Below the pieces are notes generated by a model that did no database searches, was not told the DNA's origin, and saw only the letters and a list, made by a program, of their open reading frames with translations. Both the position numbers and the translations under genes were made by a program. 62,832 bases of DNA, from NCBI GenBank assembly GCA_007118135.1, contig SKSE01000083.1:1-62832 (forward strand). The letters run 5' to 3'. Positions within the stretch are counted from its first letter, which is position 1. Each line of letters opens with the position of its first letter. This DNA is from Bacteroidales bacterium (lineage in GTDB: Bacteria; Bacteroidota; Bacteroidia; Bacteroidales; UBA7960). Positions 19,624-29,897 of the stretch are shown piece after piece.

Positions 19624-22134
19624 TTACCTTATCATCATTTTTTGAGCAACTACTTCATCAGAGTAAAAAACCACATTGTATAGTCCGGGGGGAAGGTGCG
19701 GAATATTTACAGTTGTAATATTTCCTGAACCTACTATTTTAGAATGGATCACCCTGCCCTGCATATCGAAAATTCTCATTTCCACATCCTGATTTCCCTG
19801 ATAATCGATTTGAAAGTTTCCATTGTTGGGATTGGGATAAAGTGTGAACCGCTCTTCCGTATTCCTTTCAATATGGATGCTAACGGGCGAAAAATACTCA
19901 AAAGTGCCGTCAAAATCGGACTGTTTAAGGCGATAATAGGAAATACCCGAATAAGGATCAGTATCTGTTGCAGAATAATATTCCGACTGGCTGGTAGTTC
20001 CTGAACCATTTACGTAAGTAAGGACTTCCCATATTTTTCCATTAACACTTCTTTCAATCGTAAAAAAATCATTGTTAATTTCGGAAGCTGTAGCCCATTC
20101 AATCAGAACTTCGCCATTGGTCATTTGTTTTGCATGAAACGATAGTAAGGAAACAGGTAGTGGATTATCAGAATTTCCTGCCGTCCAGCGACTAAAGCTT
20201 TCAACCTGATGAGCAACAATTTTTCTTTCAGCAGCATTCACTTCAGATGGCACCCAAACCCATTCCATCCCAGAATAATAATCATGGCTAACACTTTTGA
20301 ACAGAGCAAAATTGGTTGACTCATCATACAGGTTCAGCTCTCCGATAAAATAGTGAAATATAATCGTTGCATCGAGATTTTCATTATTTTCCGGGATGAT
20401 GTCGAACCATCTGAGAATACTGCGCGAATCATCAGAAAAGTTTAGTTCGCCATGACCTCTTCTTATTATGGTTGTACCCAGGTCTTGTGATGTTTCAATT
20501 TCAAGGCCTATTCCACTGATTTCTCCGGAAGGGTTGTTTAGATCCCTCAGCATTTCAATATAACCGCTGCTTCCAAATATCCTTGATGATCTGTTTACCG
20601 ATTCAAGCTCTTTAAGTTGCGAATTATCTCCCATGAAAATATGGAATCCGTTGAGATCAAGCAAACCATTTTCCATGTGCAAAAGTCCGTTCACATGAAT
20701 ATCACCTTCAAGCCTTAAATTATTGAGATTATCTACTGTAAGATTGTAAAATTTTAAATTAGACAAATTCTGAGTTGTGCTACCGCCCATTCTAAGCGAG
20801 CCTTCTCCAGATATACTTGCAGCAATCTGATCACTTTTCAGCTGCCCTGTTATAGTTAAAGTTGAATTATTATCCAGCATTAGTTCAGTATTGCCTTCCA
20901 TAATAAGTAAGTGCAGACTTTCGTTGCGAGAAAGCAAAGGATATGAACCAGCTGAGAATGGAATCATTACTACTGAGCCGGAGGGTGGCACTGATTGTAA
21001 ATTCCAGTTTCTGGGATTATTCCATTGATTGCTATTATCCACAGGTGACCATACCCAGACTTTCCCGGGATTAAACAAATTAATCAGGACAGGATACATT
21101 TCGTTTTCGCCTTCAATAATTTGCCAGGTAGAGTTAAAGTCCCATGAAACGTATGATGAAGGTTCATTCATTAGCTCTGTTGTAAGTCCTGTACCCCCTG
21201 CACTGGTAGCCTGGCCCGAAGTGGTAATATTCCAGTAGGAATTGGTAACAGTTCCGGCATTTGCACTAATACCTTTCATACCTACCAATCCTCCAACAAG
21301 AGATATGGAATCAGGAACATTTACTGCTCCAGTGGAATAGGAGTTGATAATAATCCCACGCAATTCAACGCATCCTGCCAATCCTCCTATACGGGTTCCT
21401 CCCGGAACAAAAACTGAACCCCTTGAATAAGAATTCGAAATCAAACCTTTTTGATTACATCCCACAAGACCACCAAATTTGTCTTTACCCGTTGCAGTGG
21501 TTGTTCTAAGCAATACTTGTACTCTTGCCCATGATTTATTTATAACCGGTCTGAAGCTTTCAGAAGCTCCTGAATTAATGATATAACTGTTATTAGAACC
21601 GACCAATCCGCCTGTAGCCCCATCACCACTTACAATTCCCAGGTAAACATAGCAATTCTCAATGCGGGTATTCTGATTTCCCGTAACTCTTCCCACAAGA
21701 GCACCGGTTCCTCTGCCTCCTGCGACATAAACATTGTTTAATCCCAGATTTTTTATGGTTGTAGCTCCATTATTTTCCAAACCAATATGACCAAACAAAC
21801 CAACATTTGGCATACCTGCCCGCAAAATATTCAGATTTTTTATCTCATGACCGTTACCATCATAATGTCCGGTAAACCTTAATGAGCTTCCATTGCCACC
21901 AATCGGGTTCCAATTGGTGATAGTATTATTAGGTGGTATGCTGAAATCAATATCAGCATCCTGACGGAAATATTTATCGGGAAAGTCTCTGACGTTGTTA
22001 AGGTGTATGGCATTAAGAATGATAAAGGGATCGTCCTCCGTGCCGCTTCCACCGGCAAACTGACTGTAAGCATGAATGTTACATACAAAAACCGAAACAA
22101 TAAGTACTACAAGTAACGCGAAAATCTTTTTCAT
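19624..22134 (-). CDS. Secreted GLUG-motif repeat protein with a T9SS C-terminal sorting domain
   Basis: Signal peptide, then FAGGSGTEDDPFII and repeated G(G)LVG / GGLAG GLUG-type repeats. The C-terminus FTLYPNPNNGNFQIDY...MRIFDMQGRVIH...GLYNVVFYSD...KMMIR is a T9SS CTD. Confidence 0.8.
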   Translation of the reverse strand: MKKIFALLVVLIVSVFVCNIHAYSQFAGGSGTEDDPFIILNAIHLNNVRDFPDKYFRQDADIDFSIPPNNTITNWNPIGGNGSSLRFTGHYDGNGHEIKNLNILRAGMPNVGLFGHIGLENNGATTIKNLGLNNVYVAGGRGTGALVGRVTGNQNTRIENCYVYLGIVSGDGATGGLVGSNNSYIINSGASESFRPVINKSWARVQVLLRTTTATGKDKFGGLVGCNQKGLISNSYSRGSVFVPGGTRIGGLAGCVELRGIIINSYSTGAVNVPDSISLVGGLVGMKGISANAGTVTNSYWNITTSGQATSAGGTGLTTELMNEPSSYVSWDFNSTWQIIEGENEMYPVLINLFNPGKVWVWSPVDNSNQWNNPRNWNLQSVPPSGSVVMIPFSAGSYPLLSRNESLHLLIMEGNTELMLDNNSTLTITGQLKSDQIAASISGEGSLRMGGSTTQNLSNLKFYNLTVDNLNNLRLEGDIHVNGLLHMENGLLDLNGFHIFMGDNSQLKELESVNRSSRIFGSSGYIEMLRDLNNPSGEISGIGLEIETSQDLGTTIIRRGHGELNFSDDSRSILRWFDIIPENNENLDATIIFHYFIGELNLYDESTNFALFKSVSHDYYSGMEWVWVPSEVNAAERKIVAHQVESFSRWTAGNSDNPLPVSLLSFHAKQMTNGEVLIEWATASEINNDFFTIERSVNGKIWEVLTYVNGSGTTSQSEYYSATDTDPYSGISYYRLKQSDFDGTFEYFSPVSIHIERNTEERFTLYPNPNNGNFQIDYQGNQDVEMRIFDMQGRVIHSKIVGSGNITTVNIPHLPPGLYNVVFYSDEVVAQKMMIR

Positions 22135-22533
22135 AACTTCCTAATTATATTGCATTTATGTATACTTATTTTAAAGTCAAAGGGTTACATACAAAGAAAA
22201 GTTAGCAGCAATTTATTTCCAACAGTGTAAATACGTGAAATTCAAAGTTGTTAATAGGTAAAAACACTTGGTAGCATACTAAACGTTTTACTGGGTTTAT
22301 TTGGGGATTTTACTATAAAATATACAGGTAGTTATTATAAGGCAACAGTAAAATTATTTTTTATTAGGGTAAAGACTTTCAAAATTATCATCTTCTACTT
22401 TTGAATTGATTAATAATAACTTGAGTGTAATCAAAGCATGAAAAACCAAAAAAAGTAAAAAACATTCGGGATTTATGAATTGTTATTAAATTCGCAGTTC
22501 TAATAAAGCATAACCTAAAACATCCAGCCGAAT

Positions 22534-23937
22534 ATGAATCTTAAACGACTTTTCTATACCCTGATAATCACAGGAAGTATTTTAAGCTGTGCTATTGCTG
22601 AGAAAGGACACCATATTGAAGTAACTGTTGCAGGATTACAAGATACCACTTCCATGCTGGCATATCATTTTGGAAACCGGCAGTATATTCATGATACAGT
22701 AAAAGTTGATCATGAAGGAAGGTTTCGTTTCAAAGGCGATGAAAGGCTGGACCCTGGCATGTATATGGTTGTACTACCAGGGCAGCAGTACTTTGAGATT
22801 ATTGTGGATAAAAATCAGCATTTCAAAGTTGAAACTGAGATGGACAATTTCATCAATACAATGAAATTCGAGAATTCACCTGACAATGAAACTTTTTATA
22901 ATTACATGCGCCGGCTTAGTAGAGAAAATCAAGTGATAGGGCCTGCCCGTGAAGAACTTCAGGACCCATCAACTTCTCCCGAGCGGCAAGCTGAATTGCG
23001 CAACCTGCTTGCAGAGGCAAATGCCAACGTTAAATTGCTTCAGGATGAAATCATTAAACAATCGCCTGATGGCTTGTTTGCCCAAATACTTATGGCACAA
23101 AAAGAGCCGGAAATGCCCGAAGTCCCTTTAAAGGAAGATGGCACCCCCGACAATGATTACATGTACCAGGTATACAAACGAAATTTCTGGCAGAATATCG
23201 ATTTTTCGGATGACCGTATTTTACGCACACCGGTATTTCATGCAAAACTCAATCAGTTTTTTACCCGGGTTCTTATTCAAATTCCCGACAGCATAATTGC
23301 CGAAGCAGACAAACTGGTTGAAAAATCCCGCGCGCACCCCGAAATGTTTAAATATGTGGTATTCTTCATAACCAATACATTTGAAAGATCACAGATTATG
23401 GGCATGGATGCCGTTTTTGTGCACATGGTAGAAAACTATTACATGACCGGTGAAGTCGATTGGGTAACCCCAGAGCAACTTAAAAGAATTTCGGAACGCG
23501 CCATGAGTCTCAAGCCTTTACTTATAGGAAAAATTGCTCCTGAAATTACCATGTTTACCCCTGAGCGCAAGCCACTGAGCCTGCATGATGTGGATGCCAG
23601 ATTTACGGTTCTTTATTTCTGGGATTCTGAATGCAGCCATTGTAAACGCCAAACGCCGCTTCTGAAAGGATTTTACGAAAGACTACAACCCAAAGGTGTG
23701 GAAATATTTGCTGCCAATACTGAAGCAGACCGCAATAAATGGCTGGATTATGTTGAATCAAATGGCCTTGAATGGATACACGTTAACGATCCTGCAAATA
23801 CTTCAGGTTTTCGCGATAAATACGATATCTGGGCTACACCACTGATTTTCCTGTTAGATGAGGACAAACGCATCATAGCCAAAAGAATAACTGTTGAACA
23901 AACTGAAGAGATTATCAACAGGGAACTGGCAAATTGA
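22534..23937 (+). CDS. Thioredoxin-fold (TlpA/AhpC-like) lipoprotein with an N-terminal DUF5106-like domain
   Basis: Signal peptide/lipobox ILSC. The C-terminal FTVLYFWDSECSHCKRQTP carries a CxxC redox motif in a TlpA-like context. Confidence 0.75.
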   Translation: MNLKRLFYTLIITGSILSCAIAEKGHHIEVTVAGLQDTTSMLAYHFGNRQYIHDTVKVDHEGRFRFKGDERLDPGMYMVVLPGQQYFEIIVDKNQHFKVETEMDNFINTMKFENSPDNETFYNYMRRLSRENQVIGPAREELQDPSTSPERQAELRNLLAEANANVKLLQDEIIKQSPDGLFAQILMAQKEPEMPEVPLKEDGTPDNDYMYQVYKRNFWQNIDFSDDRILRTPVFHAKLNQFFTRVLIQIPDSIIAEADKLVEKSRAHPEMFKYVVFFITNTFERSQIMGMDAVFVHMVENYYMTGEVDWVTPEQLKRISERAMSLKPLLIGKIAPEITMFTPERKPLSLHDVDARFTVLYFWDSECSHCKRQTPLLKGFYERLQPKGVEIFAANTEADRNKWLDYVESNGLEWIHVNDPANTSGFRDKYDIWATPLIFLLDEDKRIIAKRITVEQTEEIINRELAN

Positions 23938-23950
23938 AATCTTCTATTCT

Positions 23951-25486
23951 TTACCTGTGTTCTTCCCGTAAAAGATCCATTATAGTTTTTACAGGATTGA
24001 AAGTAATTAAGGGCACTTCCACAAACATTGTGTTCCAATTTGCCATTGCTCCATTCCATAGGCCTGGCAACTCCTGTGCTTTAAGATCTTTACCATCCTT
24101 GCTTTTGTAACTGATAAAGCCGGTTTCAGGGTCAACAAATTCAGTGAGATTGTAGCCCTTTCCGGTATGATCTTTTAAAGAACAAACCAGGTCAACAGGG
24201 TTAAAATGAGTTGACTGCTCAAAAATCTTTTTTTGTTCCTCATCCTTATGGTCAACCTGTGAAGATTCAACAATCTGCAATGAGCGAGTTCCTGATTTGT
24301 GATTCATCACCCAGAAGGGTCCACCGCCGGGCTCACCCACATTTTTTACCATACCACAAATACGTATAGGACGATCAAGAAGTTTTCTCAGCAAAGGGAC
24401 CCCGGTATTATAATCCTGTGGCAGGATTTTCTCATCAATAAATAGGTGCTCGATAGCAAAAGTGCGTGTAACAGCATAGTCATCATCAGCAAAGTTTCCA
24501 CTATCAATTTCACGGAGTATTCTGAATACCTTTTTCTGAAGAAAGAGTAAAAGCCCACCCAGTAATTTTTTGTAGGTATAAGTTTCTTCCTTCAGATGAT
24601 CAGGCACCACATTATCGATATTTTTAATAAACACCAGATCTTCAGTAAGTTCATTAAGATTCTGAATCAGTGCACCATGTCCGCCCGGGCGAAACAGAAG
24701 TGAACCATCGCTATCGCGAAAGGGATTATTTTCCATATCAACAGCCATAGTGTCGGTTGAAGGTTTCTGAACCGAGAATCTTACTTCAAAACTTACTCCG
24801 AATTTTTCTTCATAGTTTTTGATAACGCTTCCTACATGATTGATAAACCGTCCCCTGTGTTCAGGTGAAACAGTAAAATGAAGCTTTACAACACTATTGG
24901 ATTTACGAACATAATTAGCCCCTTCTACAAGATGCTCTTCCAGTGGAGTTCGACTGAAACTTTCATAGTTGTGAAAACGAAGTAAACCTTTGGGAAGCAT
25001 GGCATATCCCAAACCTTCATCATCCAGTAAATAATTGATTAAAGGCAGAAAGTCCTTATTATCATAAAGAGCTTCGGCATTCAAACCTTTCTCCTTTAGT
25101 ATTTGCACCAGATCATCCCAAAAAGCAAAAGATTTCATTTCCCCAAAAAAACGGGCCGCTTGTTGGTCAGAAGCTGCAATATCTTCAGCAGCAGAACCTT
25201 TTCGAAGCATATCGCGCCAGCTAAAAAGATCCTTAAACATACGTGTTGCGGCACCACTTGCAGGAACAAACTTCACAATATCCAGTGCCGGAGAATTTTT
25301 TTCATAAAATTCCACATACTCTTTGAGTTGGTCATTGTCAATCTGAATGATTCCATCACCCAAAGTTGCAGGTGCAGCAAGTTTTACAAAAGGGAACCCC
25401 TTTTCAAAATTCCGGATTTGGTCTTTTGCCATATAAACGGAAATACCTTTCCCCTTTAATTGCTCCAGGTCATTTTCTGTAAACAT
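23951..25486 (-). CDS. DUF4301-like protein (possible nucleotidyltransferase fold)
   Basis: The N-terminus MFTENDLEQLKGKGIS...QIRNFEKGFPFVKLAAPAT and the length (~510 aa) fit the Bacteroidota DUF4301 family as I remember it. No catalytic motif was verified. Confidence 0.5.
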   Translation of the reverse strand: MFTENDLEQLKGKGISVYMAKDQIRNFEKGFPFVKLAAPATLGDGIIQIDNDQLKEYVEFYEKNSPALDIVKFVPASGAATRMFKDLFSWRDMLRKGSAAEDIAASDQQAARFFGEMKSFAFWDDLVQILKEKGLNAEALYDNKDFLPLINYLLDDEGLGYAMLPKGLLRFHNYESFSRTPLEEHLVEGANYVRKSNSVVKLHFTVSPEHRGRFINHVGSVIKNYEEKFGVSFEVRFSVQKPSTDTMAVDMENNPFRDSDGSLLFRPGGHGALIQNLNELTEDLVFIKNIDNVVPDHLKEETYTYKKLLGGLLLFLQKKVFRILREIDSGNFADDDYAVTRTFAIEHLFIDEKILPQDYNTGVPLLRKLLDRPIRICGMVKNVGEPGGGPFWVMNHKSGTRSLQIVESSQVDHKDEEQKKIFEQSTHFNPVDLVCSLKDHTGKGYNLTEFVDPETGFISYKSKDGKDLKAQELPGLWNGAMANWNTMFVEVPLITFNPVKTIMDLLREEHR

Positions 25487-25549
25487 AAGCCTTGTGTTTT
25501 AAGATGGGTTACAATACAATTGTATTTCATTGAATTCCTTGCAAATAAA

Positions 25550-25939
25550 TCATGTATTTGCAAGCAGATCTTCATCTCTTACCAACATAAGAATGGATGA
25601 ATGAGGAACGATAAAATATTTTTCGTTATTAAACTCTATTTCGAACGAGCTGTCTTGAAGAAATACAGCCAGGTCTCCCTCCGTAGCCTGTAAAGGGAAG
25701 TATTTCAGGTTATCGCGGGTTTCCTTCCATGGTTCATCGGTTTCCACAGGTGCCGGTATTGGATATCCCGGTCCTGACTTTATAACGTAGCCGCTTTGTA
25801 TTTTTCGTTTTTCCTCAACCCCCGGGGGCAGATACAGCCCTGCCTTGGTTCGCTGTGTTGCGGTTTTGGGCTTTATCAGTACCCTGTCGCCTATGAGAAT
25901 AAATTTCTCAAGATTTTCACCTTCTATCTTCAATAACAT
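25550..25939 (-). CDS. GroES-like (Cpn10 fold) small protein, stand-alone
   Basis: IGDRVLIKPKTATQRTKAGLYLPPGVEEKRKIQSGYVIKSGPG resembles the GroES mobile-loop/beta-barrel start. The start is placed at MLLKIEG (25939). No groEL is nearby. Confidence 0.55.
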   Translation of the reverse strand: MLLKIEGENLEKFILIGDRVLIKPKTATQRTKAGLYLPPGVEEKRKIQSGYVIKSGPGYPIPAPVETDEPWKETRDNLKYFPLQATEGDLAVFLQDSSFEIEFNNEKYFIVPHSSILMLVRDEDLLANT

Positions 25940-26211
25940 AATAAAAATTTTATACCCCAATCAAATCTTCACAAACCTAAGTTTTTTTTATGTAAAAATA
26001 AAATTTTGATTTACGATATATGAAGATTTTAATTGTTATTTCCCAGATGGTATATTATGGGTTTTCTTACAAGGTAATAAGTCGGTTTATTGCCATATTT
26101 TAACGATGAAAATAAAAACAATTGAAAGGGTTTGTACGTTAGGATAGATATAAAATTTATTTTATCTACTTTGTTAAAAATGAATATTTTAAACTTCCAA
26201 AAATATAAGAT

Positions 26212-26925
26212 ATGCAAAAAAGACTTTTATTAATCAGCAACTCAACAAATTACGGGGAAAAGTACCTGGCTTATACCCGGAATTACATTTCTGAGTTTCT
26301 GGGTAAGGATGTCCGCAATATTGCTTTTATACCCTATGCAGCGGTGGATATTTCATACGTAGAATATACCAATCAGGTTAATGATGTTTTTTCTGAACTG
26401 GGATATACAGTAAAATCAACTGAAGACATTCAGGGACCACAAAAAATAATTGAGGATTCAGATGCAATTGTAATTGGCGGTGGTAATACATTTCATCTCA
26501 TTCATTATATGCATGAAAAGGATTTGATTGACATTATTATTAAAAAGGTTGAGAACGGTACCCCTTTCATAGGTTGGAGTGCGGGAAGCAATGTTGCCTG
26601 CCCTACCATAAAAACCACCAACGACATGCCTGTTATTCAACCCAAAAGCTTCGATGCGTTATCGCTGGTTCCTTTCCAGATCAACCCTCATTATACAGAT
26701 AGTCGCATTCCCAATCATAATGGTGAAAGCCGGGAGGAAAGAATACGGGAATTTCTTGAGCTTAACCCCGAAATGACAGTGGTTGGACTTAAAGAGGGTT
26801 CCATACTAAAGATTGAAGGTGAAACAGTTAAACTACTCGGTAATAAAACGATGAAAGTGTTCAGAAAAGAACAACCCACACTCGAATATGACCCCAGCAC
26901 ATCACTGGATTTTATTCTGAAATAA
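26212..26925 (+). CDS. pepE: Dipeptidase E (alpha-aspartyl dipeptidase, peptidase family S51)
   Basis: Collinear with E. coli PepE from memory: LLLISNST, VIGGGNTFHL, IGWSAGSNVACPTIKTTNDMPV, FDALSLVPFQINPHYT, GESREERIREFL. Confidence 0.88.
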   Translation: MQKRLLLISNSTNYGEKYLAYTRNYISEFLGKDVRNIAFIPYAAVDISYVEYTNQVNDVFSELGYTVKSTEDIQGPQKIIEDSDAIVIGGGNTFHLIHYMHEKDLIDIIIKKVENGTPFIGWSAGSNVACPTIKTTNDMPVIQPKSFDALSLVPFQINPHYTDSRIPNHNGESREERIREFLELNPEMTVVGLKEGSILKIEGETVKLLGNKTMKVFRKEQPTLEYDPSTSLDFILK

Positions 26926-26947
26926 TAACAGATAAAATGCTACATTC

Positions 26948-26990
26948 AACCCCATACTTGCTATATTTGCATAGTATGGGGTTTTAATTT
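26948..26990 (+). terminator. Intrinsic terminator after pepE; its loop carries a TAnnTTTG box (tatatttg, 26962-26969)
   Basis: aaccccatact (26948-26958) pairs with agtatggggtt (26973-26983) and is followed by ttaattttaaaattttt. Confidence 0.7.
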
Positions 26991-27033
26991 TAAAATTTTT
27001 CATCTCAGTTTTTTTCATACCAAATCAAATTTT

Positions 27034-29778
27034 ATGAATTTTCGTCCGGAAAATTTGCCGGGTCCCGAACCGGTGCCAGGCCCTTTGAAAATCCTGAAAT
27101 TGCAGGCATTACATGGTGCCGGATATTACAGTGCCGGACCTGTAATCATTATGCAACTGGATCTCGGAGAATTTGACGAAGTATTCACGAATACCATCAA
27201 AGGATTTTTTGAAAAACTTAAAGACATACTACCCGGACTTGAAGAACATCACTGCAGCGAAGGTGAAACAGGTGGTTTTTTTTCCAGGTTAAAAGATGGT
27301 ACACTTCTAGGGCATGTTGCCGAACATATCGCCATCGAATTACAAACTATTGCCGGTATAGATGTGAGCTTTGGGAAAACCCGAAGTACAGGTAAAAAGG
27401 GGGTTTACAATGTGGTTTTTCGTTTCCATTCCGAAGAAGCTGGGTTTTATGCAGCCAAAGCCAGTATAGATATTTTGAATAAAATTCTTACAGATCAGGA
27501 TATAAATGTAGAACTCTATATAGGCGATTTGACTCATATCAGGGATAAAACCGCACTCAATCCCGGTACTCTGGCCATAGTAAATGAAGCACACGAAAGA
27601 AATATACCTGTAATCCATCTCGAAAAGTACAATCTTATTCAATTGGGCACAGGAAAATTTCAGAAACGAATCCGGAATACCATTTCCTCCGACACACCTT
27701 TGCTGGCTGTTGAAAATTCAAGAGATGTATTTTTAAACAATCTCATGCTTGCCAATGCAGGAATACCTGTTGCCAGAACCATGAAAACCAGGATTAAAGA
27801 GGAAGCTATTGAATTTTGGAAAAACCTTAATAAACCCGTTACGCTAAAAACATCGGGCAAAAATGGTATTTCCAATTATTTTCCTGCTCTAAACAACCCT
27901 GAAGTTATCAATTCGGCTTTTGTGCTCTGCAAAAATCACAGTGATGAAATCCTGGTGCAGGAGCAAGTCCCTGGCTTAATTTACCGTATCCTGGTAATAG
28001 ATGGGCGGTTTGTGGCTGCAAGCCAGTTGCAACAACCTCAGATTATTGGTAATGGGAAGGACAATATTGCCCGTCTTATAGAAAAACTCAATGAAGAAAA
28101 AAACCGGCAGCCCGATAAAAAAGGAAGTCTTGACGTACTTCAACCAGGAGATGAAATGCTTGAAACACTTTCTTTTTACGGTTTTACACTGGATGATGTG
28201 CCCGAAGATGGAGTTAAGATAGTACTTAGCAACAAGCCAACCATGAAAAGTGGCGTACTTCCTTCGGATGTTACCGGTATTGTACATCCTCTTAATCGCA
28301 CCATTGCTGAACGTGTGGCAGAAATTAGTGGTTTAAAGGTCGCAGGAATAAATATGGTTTGTGCTGATATCAGTAAACCCATTGAAGATACGCAGGGTGC
28401 TGTAATTGGTGTGGATATGGCACCTGACCTACGGATGCATCTTAACCCCTGGAAGGGAAGCAGCAGGGATGTTGCCTTACCTTTTGTAGATATGCTTTTC
28501 CCGGAAAATACTCCATCCAGAATTCCTGTTATTTCTGTAACAGGCTCAGCAGGTAAATCGGTTTGTGCCTATCTGCTGAACTTCATGCTTGAAAGGGAAG
28601 GATATAAAGTCGGACTCTCTCACTCAGATGGAATCTTTATAGACAGCCGACGGATAATAAGAGAGGATATGGCCAATTATCATGCAGCACTATTGATACT
28701 CAAAGACCCTGGCGTGGATTGTGCCGTACTTGAAACATCTGTGGAGAGCATCATCAACAATGGCCTTGGTTATGATTTTGCTGATGTGGGCATAGTACTT
28801 AACATTCATGCCCGGAATTTGAATTATGATTATATCCGAAATACTGATGATTTGGCTTATGCCAAATCTGTTGTGGCCGAAGAAGTATACCGCGATGGTT
28901 ACTCTGTTCTTAATGCCGATGACCCGCTGGTATTGAAAATGTCAGAACGATTACACAGCAAACCGGTTCTTTTTACCCTCAATACTGATAATCCTGATTT
29001 CAGAAAACATTACCTTCTTGGTGGAATGGGAGCTGGCAAGGAAAACAACGAACTTTATCTTTGGACGAGAGGAGGAAAAAACCGTATTGCCCATCTTGAT
29101 GAAGTTCCTCTTTGGGCAAATGGGAAAAATGATATTTTACTCGAATCAATTCTGGCAGCAATATGTACAATGGCAGCATTTGATATACGCCCTGACCGGA
29201 TAAGTCATTTTCTCAAATCATTTAAACCTGCTTCGGCAAGCCTGCATGGAAGACTTATGACTATTTTCCCCGGAGAAAACACAGTTATTATTGATAAACC
29301 TTCCGGACCGGTTGCGCTGGAAAACTTCAGAAAAAAAATACTGGAACAACAAAACATACCTGAGATATATATTGATTTAAGTGGAAACATGCCTGATGAT
29401 TTCTGGAAAAACTTTTCAGACGTTTTTAAAGATGAAAAAGTCATGGTGAATCTTTTCTTTTCTCAAACCGAGATCAATATAAATAAGTATTCAGAAACAA
29501 AAATTAATAATGGCAACAATATCATTACTCCCTTAAAAGAACGTTATAAAAAATCAAATCCCTTGCATCAGGGTATGAGTGAAAAAGAGATATTACAAAA
29601 CCTGGAAAAACAGATTGGGAAAAAGTTTATGAAATGTTTTAAGTTTTTATACTGGCATAATCCTTCTGAATGCATCAAGCAACTTGAGAAGCATGAAAAA
29701 CCGGCAACATTTTTCTTATTTAGCTGGAATTTCAGAAACCTGAATCAACTGATCAACCAAAACCTTATTTTTTTATAA
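27034..29778 (+). CDS. Cyanophycin synthetase (CphA) homologue with a conserved N-domain but divergent ATP-grasp and Mur-ligase motifs and a non-homologous C-terminal tail
   Basis: The N-domain LKILKLQALHGAGYYS...GGFFSRLKDGTLLGHVAEHIAIELQ...GKTRST..GVYNVVF is clearly CphA-like. The ATP-grasp and Mur-like regions are alignable, but their key motifs are substituted (see finding). Confidence 0.7.
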   Translation: MNFRPENLPGPEPVPGPLKILKLQALHGAGYYSAGPVIIMQLDLGEFDEVFTNTIKGFFEKLKDILPGLEEHHCSEGETGGFFSRLKDGTLLGHVAEHIAIELQTIAGIDVSFGKTRSTGKKGVYNVVFRFHSEEAGFYAAKASIDILNKILTDQDINVELYIGDLTHIRDKTALNPGTLAIVNEAHERNIPVIHLEKYNLIQLGTGKFQKRIRNTISSDTPLLAVENSRDVFLNNLMLANAGIPVARTMKTRIKEEAIEFWKNLNKPVTLKTSGKNGISNYFPALNNPEVINSAFVLCKNHSDEILVQEQVPGLIYRILVIDGRFVAASQLQQPQIIGNGKDNIARLIEKLNEEKNRQPDKKGSLDVLQPGDEMLETLSFYGFTLDDVPEDGVKIVLSNKPTMKSGVLPSDVTGIVHPLNRTIAERVAEISGLKVAGINMVCADISKPIEDTQGAVIGVDMAPDLRMHLNPWKGSSRDVALPFVDMLFPENTPSRIPVISVTGSAGKSVCAYLLNFMLEREGYKVGLSHSDGIFIDSRRIIREDMANYHAALLILKDPGVDCAVLETSVESIINNGLGYDFADVGIVLNIHARNLNYDYIRNTDDLAYAKSVVAEEVYRDGYSVLNADDPLVLKMSERLHSKPVLFTLNTDNPDFRKHYLLGGMGAGKENNELYLWTRGGKNRIAHLDEVPLWANGKNDILLESILAAICTMAAFDIRPDRISHFLKSFKPASASLHGRLMTIFPGENTVIIDKPSGPVALENFRKKILEQQNIPEIYIDLSGNMPDDFWKNFSDVFKDEKVMVNLFFSQTEININKYSETKINNGNNIITPLKERYKKSNPLHQGMSEKEILQNLEKQIGKKFMKCFKFLYWHNPSECIKQLEKHEKPATFFLFSWNFRNLNQLINQNLIFL

Positions 29779-29806
29779 CCCTAAATCTCAACTTACCTGA
29801 TTTCTG

Positions 29807-29814
29807 TAAATTTG
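29807..29814 (+). promoter_or_regulatory. TAnnTTTG -7 box upstream of the lipoprotein gene at 29898
   Basis: taaatttg lies 84 nt upstream of the ATG. Confidence 0.3.
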
Positions 29815-29897
29815 CAAATCATTGCCGGGAATGCTTTGAAAAGAAATCCAGTTTAGAAAATAAAATAATCTTAAACTACATTCAACAAATCAAAAAA

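Noticed and set aside
25550-25939. Stand-alone GroES-like gene as something unusual
   Set aside because: Small Cpn10-fold proteins without an adjacent groEL are common conserved hypotheticals in Bacteroidota as far as I recall. Nothing in the sequence suggests more.
26212-26925. Whether the S51 peptidase next to the cphA-like gene is a cyanophycinase (CphB/CphE)
   Set aside because: Its length (237 aa) and motif order match E. coli PepE almost residue for residue over the conserved blocks, so I call it dipeptidase E. A role on cyanophycin-derived peptides remains only a hypothesis.
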